Source: Nemertoderma westbladi (Eukaryota > Animalia > Xenacoelomorpha). Taken from it: a stretch of 64,000 bases of DNA. Below the pieces are notes generated by a model that was not told the origin of the DNA, searched no databases, and saw only the letters and a program-made list of their open reading frames with translations. Below are positions 55,021 to 64,000 of this stretch, one piece after another. The stretch covers positions 14,424 through 78,423 of the forward strand of contig JAUCBJ010005260.1 in assembly GCA_032718475.1 (NCBI GenBank). The letters run 5' to 3'. The position numbers and the translations under genes are program-made. Each line of letters begins with the position of its first letter. Within the stretch, counting starts at the first letter, position 1.

Positions 55021-55876
55021 CCCGTATTAACTTAAATGTTATAACTGTGCGACCTCCGCTAAAATTAATTAATTCACCTTGCCCGTCACGTAAAGTAATT
55101 AATATTGTTTTTAGTTTTTTATTCAATAATGGGTAATAGCAAATGCTCTCGTATTCGTGATTAATATATTTTAGATTTAATTGCGTTAAAGGGCAGGTTC
55201 TTAAGAGCGGAGCTAAAGCGTCGCCAACAAATGAGCTCTTAATAATATCTGTATATATGAAGATAGTGTCTTTATTACGAGTTATATTCGTGGGAGCTGG
55301 AAAATCTAAAATGCCAATTTCCGAAATTTTTGGTCCGCTATAATTTAAAATTAATATCGGCTGTTCTATATTGCTTAATTCATCTACTGTAGTGGTACTG
55401 TATATATCCCAATTCGGAATACCTGGATGATTCTGATCCAATAACGGTTTTAAGCCTAGAATTTGTATTAAATCACCACGTAGACTTAATTGTATTTTTT
55501 TCAACTTTTTAGGAAATTTAAATTTAATTCTAGAATTATTTGTATTAAAAATGAATTCGAAATCTCTATATTTCGCTTCAGAATTAAACAGTTTATTTAT
55601 ATCATCAATAATCACTTGAATAGAGCTATGCATACCAGGAAATAAACTATATAATTTGGCATCTTTTGCATCTACCCCGATTGACAGCGAGATTTGAGTT
55701 TGCAGCGTAATATTACTGTATGTTGCTTGGTATTGTAGCTCGGCAAGCCCAATTTTAGCGTTTGGACCAATATATAATTCTTCGGCTAAATCAACAGTAA
55801 ACTCGCTAGGATTATTATTGGGATAAGTGTTTAATGAGCTATCTGAAAGTAGAGTGATATATGTATCTGTGGCCAT
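55004..55876 (-). CDS. Minor capsid (penton) paralog 2
   Basis: YITLLSDSS..YPNN.PSEF; IYTDII...VGD..APLLR; LRDGQGELINF..G. Confidence 0.85.
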   Translation of the reverse strand: MATDTYITLLSDSSLNTYPNNNPSEFTVDLAEELYIGPNAKIGLAELQYQATYSNITLQTQISLSIGVDAKDAKLYSLFPGMHSSIQVIIDDINKLFNSEAKYRDFEFIFNTNNSRIKFKFPKKLKKIQLSLRGDLIQILGLKPLLDQNHPGIPNWDIYSTTTVDELSNIEQPILILNYSGPKISEIGILDFPAPTNITRNKDTIFIYTDIIKSSFVGDALAPLLRTCPLTQLNLKYINHEYESICYYPLLNKKLKTILITLRDGQGELINFSGGRTVITFKLIRGGDDG

Positions 55877-56117
55877 TATTATTATTATTTAAGCTCTCTC
55901 TACTTGACTCCTTTGTACATACAGTATAATGTTAAATTATAGACATCTGTGACCACGTTCATTGTCGCATCTTCTACAGTATATGCGAGGGATCAATATT
56001 TTACTGGCTTTATTTAAAGCGGATGAACTATAGATATAGTAATATCATTCGAGTTAATATTGATTAATTACGGACATATGTGACCAAAATGAATTAATAT
56101 ACAGTATAAACCTAAGC

Positions 56118-57206
56118 TTATTGAATATGCTGTACCCACGACTGTTTCTTGGATCCGATGAATCGGACTAAATATTCTTTCTTCCCATTGCGTACACGTT
56201 CTTTAAGTTTGCCAATATTTTTATCAATCGGGAGATAAATATTACTATTCGGGTGGATCTTTTGGAGTTCGTATGAATAAAATGAGCCATTTATTATAGC
56301 TCCAGCGCTGTCCTTAATATCGAACATTACCGCTGGTACTCTATCCAACCTGACACGATGAATAATAAATAATTCACGTGTCCATTGTTCTCGATAGCCT
56401 TTAGCAAAAGCAGTACGAGCGATAGATAATCGTACTGTATCTCCAACTTTAAATTTTATTTTCTTGTGATTAATCTGTCTATATTTCCCATATAATCTAT
56501 TCATTAATTCAGTTTCATTAAATTTATTAACTTCAATAGGTGTCATTTGTATTGTCCTATGATATGACCTATTATAAGCATAAATGAGCTTTGGTAAAAT
56601 TTTAATCCAAACATTATTTCCCCGTTGCGTGAAAATTTTGAACATCTTTGTTTTTAATGTTCTATTGAATCTCTCGACAATAGCCGCCTTATTCACAGAA
56701 TACATTACGTAATACTGTATACCTAACGTATCTAAATATTTTCTTACAGATTTATTTAGAAACTCAGAACCTTGATCAGTCGCGATTCTGTTTGGTTTTC
56801 CTTTCTGGAATATTTTTTGCAATATACTAATAATTTCAATACCCTTTTTTGTTTTCATACCATAGGCAAAAGCAAGCCTGCTAAAGGCATCAATACATGT
56901 TAATATATAGTTATAATTATTATTTTGCGATTTATATTGCTGCATATCCACCAGATCTATCATATATATATCTTTTAAACCTCCCGTAAATATTTTAGAT
57001 GTTGGATAATGATGTCTACGTGGAGCGTGAAGGGTGTATGTCTTTTGCCCGCTCAACCATTTCTGGGCTTGTGCTGGTTTGATGTTTGCAGCTTTTGCTA
57101 ATTTTGCAACACTTGCAAAACCCGCGGGGGATGATGGATCTAAATAAATTCTTAACAGTTTTTTGTCTAAGCTTCGGCTTAAAATCGGTTTCATCTTGCG
57201 TGGCAT
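56118..57206 (-). CDS. int: Polinton retroviral-like integrase
   Basis: IDLVDM, CIDAFSR, TDQGSEF, KAAIVERFNRTLK, FKVGD.VR, chromo-like EYLVRF.G. Confidence 0.96.
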   Translation of the reverse strand: MPRKMKPILSRSLDKKLLRIYLDPSSPAGFASVAKLAKAANIKPAQAQKWLSGQKTYTLHAPRRHHYPTSKIFTGGLKDIYMIDLVDMQQYKSQNNNYNYILTCIDAFSRLAFAYGMKTKKGIEIISILQKIFQKGKPNRIATDQGSEFLNKSVRKYLDTLGIQYYVMYSVNKAAIVERFNRTLKTKMFKIFTQRGNNVWIKILPKLIYAYNRSYHRTIQMTPIEVNKFNETELMNRLYGKYRQINHKKIKFKVGDTVRLSIARTAFAKGYREQWTRELFIIHRVRLDRVPAVMFDIKDSAGAIINGSFYSYELQKIHPNSNIYLPIDKNIGKLKERVRNGKKEYLVRFIGSKKQSWVQHIQ

Positions 57207-57430
57207 CTTTTCGACAACCGCAAGTAATATGTATATTCAAATCTCTTATAAAGGGCATCACCGTAAGAACAACTGAAATTTTTTAATTATTTTCTTTGAA
57301 GTTGATGTTTTAAAGGGTTTTCTTTTTGTAGTATTTACTCTAGGTATATCTTGTGGTTTTAAATCAGTAGCTAACGGTTTACTCGATACTAAATATAATT
57401 TTCTAAATGTTACTCCTGTTTTAACCATTA

Positions 57431-57814
57431 TTACCGTCCGCGGTTAATTTTTTTCGCAATAGCTGCTCCAGCGGCGGCGGCACCGGCACTCGCGGCGAGT
57501 TTCGCACCAATGCCGAGTAAGGGTATTAGAAACGGTAGTATACCTCCAGATTGATTGCTTAACTTTTTTCTGTAACTTGATATATTTTTTGTTTTACGGT
57601 TGAGTGATTTCAATACCTTCTTATAGCGGCGAATATTTCTAAATGAATGAGGGGTTAATTGTACGTTACCTTTTAGAACATTTAATGCAGTATTTACAAT
57701 GAGCCGTATTAATTCGTTACTCGCGGTATGGTTAATAAAATAAGTTCTTTGTTGAGGGGTAGCGCTGCGTAGAAATTCCAGTTCGTTACGATATTTCTGC
57801 ACAAGTCTATTCAT
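57431..57814 (-). CDS. Basic core-like protein with QSGG|ILPFLIPLL site
   Basis: N.LKGNV.L and Q.GG.LP.L pattern typical of this Polinton ORF. Confidence 0.75.
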   Translation of the reverse strand: MNRLVQKYRNELEFLRSATPQQRTYFINHTASNELIRLIVNTALNVLKGNVQLTPHSFRNIRRYKKVLKSLNRKTKNISSYRKKLSNQSGGILPFLIPLLGIGAKLAASAGAAAAGAAIAKKINRGR

Positions 57815-57851
57815 TGTTGCAACATTATTGAAAATTGTTACAAAATATTAA

Positions 57852-58532
57852 TTATTTATTATTATTATTATTATTATTTTCGCTACGTTTATAGTCAATG
57901 TAATTTTTAATGTAACAATTATGATTACGAAATATATCCGATCTAAATCTTAAATGTTCGGGTGTTTCCTGTCGTAAATCAATTAAGAAATGCGAAAATG
58001 GTTCAATTGTCGCATCTTGATAGGAATCAACTAAAAATTTGGTCTGCCCTGGTAACATCTGCTTCGCGAAATTTAAAACCGATAAACTGTCTCGCGGATT
58101 TTTCATTAATACTAAAGTATGGCTATTAATTGATCTTGTGCGGTTATGCTTCCCACCGTAAAACATGTTTTGCGTTATAAAACAAATAAATATATTGGAA
58201 TGATGAGCTACCTTAGTAAACAATACAGTTAAAGCTGTACTGGACTCAGTTTCTGTTAATAAATCATCTATAATTAATAAATCTCGACTATTCACTAAAC
58301 TATCTATATTTTCGGGCAAACCTTTGTAAAGGTGAGTAATACCCGGAATAGTTGGGGGATTGCTCCCGTAACAATACAATACTCGCAAGGGGGCTTCGTT
58401 GAAACAACCATTCTTGTGTTTAATTAAATTACTGACAAACGTTGACTTTCCAGAACCAGATGGCCCAGAAATTATCATACTCGTTCCCATTTGAAAGTTT
58501 AAATTATATGGACCTGAATTAAAGTCAGCCAT
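57852..58532 (-). CDS. A32/FtsK-like DNA packaging ATPase
   Basis: Walker A GPSGSGKS, Walker B LLIIDD, FT...HH, ITQN, KNPRD. Confidence 0.95.
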   Translation of the reverse strand: MADFNSGPYNLNFQMGTSMIISGPSGSGKSTFVSNLIKHKNGCFNEAPLRVLYCYGSNPPTIPGITHLYKGLPENIDSLVNSRDLLIIDDLLTETESSTALTVLFTKVAHHSNIFICFITQNMFYGGKHNRTRSINSHTLVLMKNPRDSLSVLNFAKQMLPGQTKFLVDSYQDATIEPFSHFLIDLRQETPEHLRFRSDIFRNHNCYIKNYIDYKRSENNNNNNNK

Positions 58533-58748
58533 TTATTATTATTATTAAGATATATCAACAATACAATATAATATAATATAAATATCAATATCAATAAACC
58601 ATCACCATTACTATGTATATAACAATAATTGAGGCAACTACAATATTAGAGTACTGTATATTTAATTAACATATGACACAACTACAGTATGTGACGCTCG
58701 CTGCAACAAAAGGTGCTATTTCCAATTATAGTATAGACTGATGTAATT

Positions 58749-59201
58749 TCAAGCATGGTGAGCATCTTTATACGCGAAATAATGATAGGTAACATCGGCG
58801 GTTTGGAAATCACTTCCCGAGAATTTCGCACTAATGATTTTTTTATGTTCGCTGCTAAAAAAATAAGGAATATAGTAGCAACACCGTCGTACTACATTTC
58901 TATAAAAAATATTCTCCAATATTGTAAATAAATCTCCTGGATCATTACTTTCCGCAGAAATATAAGTTATATTGCGAAGCTCTTTCCAATAATAGGGTTG
59001 GTATCTTGCCAACTTTATATTAAACTTAGATATGGGTGCGCGACAAATAGGACAAATTTTAGAACAATAATTATTCATTTCGGAATATTGTACAATACAT
59101 TGTACGCAAGTTGCATGTTTATTTTCACATTTATAATAATCTCGATGTTGTTGCAATAACTTAGAATAGCAAACTGGACATTTTTCATTTAAAATATCCA
59201 T
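58749..59201 (-). CDS. RING-finger protein
   Basis: CPVC-x12-C-x3-H-x2-C-x2-C...CPICR. Confidence 0.75.
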   Translation of the reverse strand: MDILNEKCPVCYSKLLQQHRDYYKCENKHATCVQCIVQYSEMNNYCSKICPICRAPISKFNIKLARYQPYYWKELRNITYISAESNDPGDLFTILENIFYRNVVRRCCYYIPYFFSSEHKKIISAKFSGSDFQTADVTYHYFAYKDAHHA

Positions 59202-59364
59202 TTTTCCAAATTTTAAAGTAAATTGAAAATAATTACCTCAATACACAACAACAACAAACAAATCTGTTATACTGTATATACAATTACTACTACAATTTTC
59301 GATTATTTAAAAACATTAAAATTTTATAAATAATCATAAAATATTTATAATATAGAGGGAAAAG

Positions 59365-59808
59365 TCAAGAATCAATGATATTATCAACATATTCAACATT
59401 ATCTGTTGATTCTTCAGTTTCGACAAAGGATTCTTTTGAAATCATTACAATAAAGAAAGACATAATTTCGTAGGGATTATGGCGATTTAGCCGTATTTCA
59501 AACTTTTCACCAGCTTCGTTGTATTGTGTAATAACAATTAATCCCTCTATTATGGATAATAGTAAGATGTTGATTAATTTTCCCTCATGCTCAACTTTCA
59601 GGTTGTAATCTAAGAGATGAATACTATTATCAGAAGCATCAATATCAATTGAGGTTAAAACTTTCCTGGCTTTTTCAGAAAACTCAATTTTATATTTATC
59701 ATCTCCCTGACGGTAAATTGTATAATCAATAACAATATAGGCTTCACCATCTTCTGCAAAAAATGAATGCCTTACTATTGGCATAACCATATCGGAATCA
59801 GAAGACAT
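59365..59808 (-). CDS. Polinton hypothetical acidic protein (147 aa)
   Basis: ATG-initiated ORF co-oriented with the block; TATATAA about 100 bp upstream. Confidence 0.6.
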   Translation of the reverse strand: MSSDSDMVMPIVRHSFFAEDGEAYIVIDYTIYRQGDDKYKIEFSEKARKVLTSIDIDASDNSIHLLDYNLKVEHEGKLINILLLSIIEGLIVITQYNEAGEKFEIRLNRHNPYEIMSFFIVMISKESFVETEESTDNVEYVDNIIDS

Positions 59809-60314
59809 TATTTAATTTATTTTATTGTAAATCAAACAAACAAAGTAAAAACTTTTAAACTAAAACCATTACAAATGATTAATTGTGATTAAAGCAAGAG
59901 ATTATATATAAGATATTTTCAAAAATAATACAGGTCTTAAACTGAGAAATAGCCTAAATTCGGATTATTGATTGGTTGATTAGCCGGTAGGGAACTACTG
60001 TATAAACAAAAATTATTGCGTAATAATAATAATCACTAATGCTCGTATACGCGTAGCTGGAACGTGGTGGAATTTCATGTATCATACTGGGTGGTTGATT
60101 TGGTGACAGCAGTCGTGGAGTTGGCAATCAATATAATATAATATATATGTGATGCGTGTAGATGGCCACGTCGTCACCATATACAGTATACAGTGGTGGT
60201 GGTAACGTGGCAGTGGTGGTAACGTGGCGAAAAGGTGAATAACCGTAGGGTTAGGTAAACATCGCTGTTGATTGGTTGGTTTGTGGGTGGTTGGGTGGGT
60301 AACAGCTGTGGATT

Positions 60315-60706
60315 GAGTAGCGATGGGTTGGGGGGGCTAGCCTTGCATCGTGAGGTTAGGCTATGTGAAGATGAATATGCAATGGTTGGTGAAAAATAGT
60401 AGCGATTTGAAAAATAGTAGAAGTTACCTGATGCTAAGTGTAGACACCCGAACACCTGTAAAATAAAGGTTGGTGATTGGAGGAAGGAGTAGCGATGGGT
60501 GGCTAATAACGCCTCTAGCGGAATAAGCGGGAACTTGAGAAGTTACCATGATTACGGATGAAATGCTGACATCTGATTGGTTGAAATAATAACGACCACA
60601 GCTAATGGTTGAAATGGTGGCTTCTGATTGGAGGAAGGAGTAGAAATTGATGGTAATGATGGGCTACGGGTGACCATGGCGCAGTGTCATAGCTTCTTAT
60701 ACTACT
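60315..60706 (-). repeat. Polinton right TIR
   Basis: Inverse of 39485-39873. Confidence 0.93.
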
Positions 60707-62162
60707 TGTATACCCGTACTCCTCGGAAAGGAGTAACAACTCCACAATATCGCATTGATTCACGTTTTAAGGGAATTTGATAAAAGGCGCTGACTAAGTC
60801 AGTTTTTACAATGTATTTGTATCTGCCTACAGCTCGAAGGGTTGAATTCACGTCTGGTAGAAGGGAAGGTTGTGGCTTCGCATAACGTGCGATCTCATTG
60901 AATGCGGTTACTAAACGTGTACCTCCACTAGGCTTGGTGACAAGAAATGACGGGCTGAGGTATTCAACTTGGATGCCAGCTCTTTCAGGGGTGGAGAAGA
61001 CACCAAGGTTTTCTAATTCGTCGAAGCGGTCCTGTAATTCTACAAGTCTATTCCTTCCATACTGTGGGATGCGGCCCTTCTGTTGGGGGGGTAGGGTGGG
61101 GCCCATGTTAACCACAGCCTCAAAAGGTCCAACTGCTCCATTGTAGCCAGGGTACTGGGCATCGAAAACTGAAGCATAACGTATGATAATGGCCATCAAA
61201 TCATCCCGCTGTGGCTGGGTTAAGAGATGGTCAGGGTCAAGTTTAATGGCGCCAATATTTGGCTGTTTAGCTGAGGTTACTGAACGTATGATGGGTGTAT
61301 GTGGTATTACAGGGGAATACTCAGAATCAGGTAGGACTCCAACAGGGGTAGCAGTGCACACATGAGAGTGTCGTTTGATTGACACTGGTATAGTTGTGGT
61401 ATTCATAATACTAACATATCCATCACAAGGCTGGGACAAAATGGGTGAAAACCACTGTTGTTTTAGTATATTATGATCACCTATTGGGATGTGTGGTGCT
61501 AACAACAGAGAATCCTCATCAATGACAGCTGGTGGTAGAGCTAATTGCAGGCTATTGCCAGGCCATACTACAACAGATCGTGCAGAGGCACGGAGGAGGG
61601 GTGCATCATGGTGGCGAGCATGTCTTACATTATGAGGATGAGTCCCATACGACGTACTCGACCCATCTCTGAAAGTAATCTGGTTGTTGGCTGCACGGAT
61701 TCCAACGTCATTTGTACTGAGGAAAGGCATTCCACCAATTATCGGTGACCCCAGGTTGGGGATAACCAGTCCCTGGAAGTCAAACTTTAGTTTGCCACGG
61801 TTTAGACAGAAGCGGGTTTCCCCAGACACAAGCAGAGTGGATTGACCATCGGCAAGGGCTGGAACCTGGCGTTTACTAGGTGTTATAGTAAGACCTAGCT
61901 CATGGGCAAATGACTCACGTATCAAGTCACTCTCTGCACCACAATCAAGTAAGAGCTGTAAGGGGCGTGGTCCATACATAACATCTAGATATGGTGACCG
62001 AATAACAGCAACTCGGTTAACATTAGGGGTAGGTACAGTGCCTATGGGATCACCTGATTGATCGATTTCTTCCTCGGAGTATTCATCATAGTCGTATAGA
62101 TCAACGCACCTGGTTCTGCACAAAATACTGTCGATCCTGTTCAGGTAAGTACCGACAAGCAC
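60707..62162 (-). pseudogene. pol: Gypsy pol 5' part (protease, RT N-terminus)
   Basis: LLLDCGAE, YLSPSFLV.K..GG.RLV, KTDLVSAFYQIPL; cut at GVRVY by the Polinton. Confidence 0.9.
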
Positions 62163-63056
62163 TCAAATAGTGATCAGTGGTTGGCCGGTTGGCCTGCTGA
62201 CATAAAGGGCATACCTTGCTTGGTCGTGGCAATTGAGTTCGGGATCGGGGTGGATCTCGACGGGATATACTTGAAGATGTGCGTGACAAGTTGTATCGTG
62301 GTTTATTGGAAACATTGGTACGGAAGGTGCGGACATCGGCAGATGCTCGAAGTTCATCGAGCAGGGAAGGCAGTGCTTGGCTAATCTCCTGCTTAATCGT
62401 GGCAAGAGTACGTGAGCGGAGCTCAGTACCGTACCTTTGCTTTACAAGTTGGGGGAGGTCTTCATGGATTAGTCGAAGCCACGTAATGACTATGAAGTTC
62501 TCCAAAGAAGGGGAAACTTCCTCATCAGAAGTAGGGGTTTCGTTGAAGTGTGTTATGCCTCCATCACGAGTGAGCAGGTTGTCGTCGACAAAGGCGACAA
62601 TGCGCTGATAGAGGTCTTCTGGACGTTCTTCATGCTGTAATTGAATTGAATTAAAATCGAGAAAATGAGCCCCAGATGACTCGAATCCGAAATGTAAACG
62701 TAATGCTTGCCAGATAGCTGGTAGTGAGGTAGATGCTCGTACAATAGAGTTACGCGAAATGATCGGAGCATAATTTGCAATTTGACCGAGTAATAGTTCA
62801 AGGGCTGTGACTTTCTGAAGTGCTGTGCGTCGTCGTGAGCAGCTGGCACAGTGTGGTCATCATCAACCAGGCCTCGGGTGGGGTGTTGAGCTGAAGCTTT
62901 AGTCCACCTGGACCCCTCTGCAGTAAAACGTGCAAACTCGGGATCTAATGACAAACTGTACACTAGTGTTTGTCGCCACGCTTCAAAAGAGCTGATTGAT
63001 TCAGTCTTTGTGAGTGGATTTAACCGTGGCGTTTTGAGTGTGTGATGTACAGCCAT
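62101..63056 (-). pseudogene. gag: Gypsy gag, frameshifted
   Basis: [45 protein letters not shown]...HYLS.C. Confidence 0.85.
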
Positions 63057-63307
63057 CAGAATATAAAATGTAGAATATTTGAACTTCAGAAATACACAGA
63101 TAATCAAAGGCAGTAAGTACAGAAGTAATGCGTACCGGAAGTTTGATCAACGTATAGTGGTCTATTTCAGTATTTCAGTGCACAGTACCGATCCGGTACC
63201 CGCGTTCACGATACCGATAGGCCTATTACCGTAGGCAGGTAGGGTACCGTACGAGTAAAGTAGTTTACCGTTGTGATTGGGATTCGTTTCCGAGGCCGCT
63301 GCCACCA

Positions 63308-63863
63308 CGCCAGAGTGGAAGTGTATCTGAGGCGGTATAAAACGATATAGATATAGTTCTGTTACATAGGCTTACTATATACTGATATATATGATTCAAG
63401 CAAGGGCATATCAGTTCACAACACAACGATAAGAATATATAGATATATATGTATATATATAACACAAAGCAGGTAAAGTGTACCGGTACGTCAGTATATA
63501 GGTAGGGCAATGTATTGGCGGACGCCCGGCCAGGTAGGTAGGCCGGGTAGGCGGGTAATGGATACGTAGCGATACCGGTTGGTAGATACCGGCTTAGATA
63601 CTGGTACTACACGGCCAGGTAGATAGGCCGGGTTGCCGGGGAGACGTCAGCGCGAGGTATGGTATCTGTACCTGACAGCCCGACGAGTACCGGCACTGCT
63701 GTACTGCGGGAAGTGCAGACAGGCAGATAGCTGGACAGAATGGAGTCGGATACAGAGTCCTTTATCTCTAAGCCAGAATGAATAGGCATCCCGCCTGCCG
63801 ACCGGTTCATCCTTCACCCCATATATCCACAGGCCATGCTAGACACCCATAGGGGGTCTGGCG
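63308..63863 (-). repeat. Gypsy 5' LTR
   Basis: Direct repeat of 36061-36616; adjacent to the PBS. Confidence 0.93.
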
Positions 63864-64000
63864 CAGAAAGACCAAAATTTTGACAGTTAACTTTGAAAGT
63901 CCTCAGCAAGTCTCTGATCGGATGAGCATAATCTCAAAAGATGGTATGCTTGAGCATGTGGACGACTTCTGTTACCTGGGATCATGGATCTGGAAGTCAG
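63864..64000 (+). mobile_element. Resumption of RTE-like LINE interrupted at 36060
   Basis: CAGAAAGACCAAAAT...GTCAG matches 50067-50204 of the second copy. Confidence 0.93.

Larger units (their letters stand above)
39485..60706. mobile_element. Polinton/Maverick (adintovirus-like), partly decayed
   Basis: AGTAGT...ACTACT termini, ~385-bp TIRs and 6-bp TSD TGTATA (39479-39484, 60707-60712). Encodes pPolB, integrase, ATPase, protease and capsid genes. Confidence 0.97.
36061..63863 (-). mobile_element. Gypsy/Ty3 LTR retrotransposon, degenerate, interrupted by Polinton
   Basis: 556-bp LTRs, PBS TGGTGGCAGCGG (63296-63307), PPT (36619-36634) and domain order gag-PR-RT-RH-IN. Confidence 0.93.

Overview
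Eukaryotic (metazoan-type) DNA made almost entirely of nested transposable elements; I found no host gene. Block 1 (1-28629): a non-autonomous Bel/Pao LTR element. It encodes Gag and protease, lacks RT and integrase, and carries a large 3' accessory ORF with a DEDDy-exonuclease-like domain and zinc knuckles. A very young, intact Bel/Pao element (3992-20533) has inserted into it, with 1923-bp LTRs, TA...TA termini, a CATCG TSD, a 2903-aa Gag-Pol and a homologous zinc-knuckle accessory ORF. The young element has no tRNA-type PBS. Instead, the sequence directly after its 5' LTR is complementary to a segment inside its own LTR, which suggests a self-encoded primer. Block 2 (28630-33380): a CRE-like non-LTR fragment and a decayed LTR element. 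Block 3 (33595-64000): an RTE-like LINE, interrupted by a Gypsy element (36061-63863), interrupted by a Polinton/Maverick (39485-60706). The Polinton is in turn interrupted by a TTAA DNA transposon that splits a TBP-like gene, and by a second copy of the same LINE. All family and domain calls come from motif recognition by eye; no searches were run.
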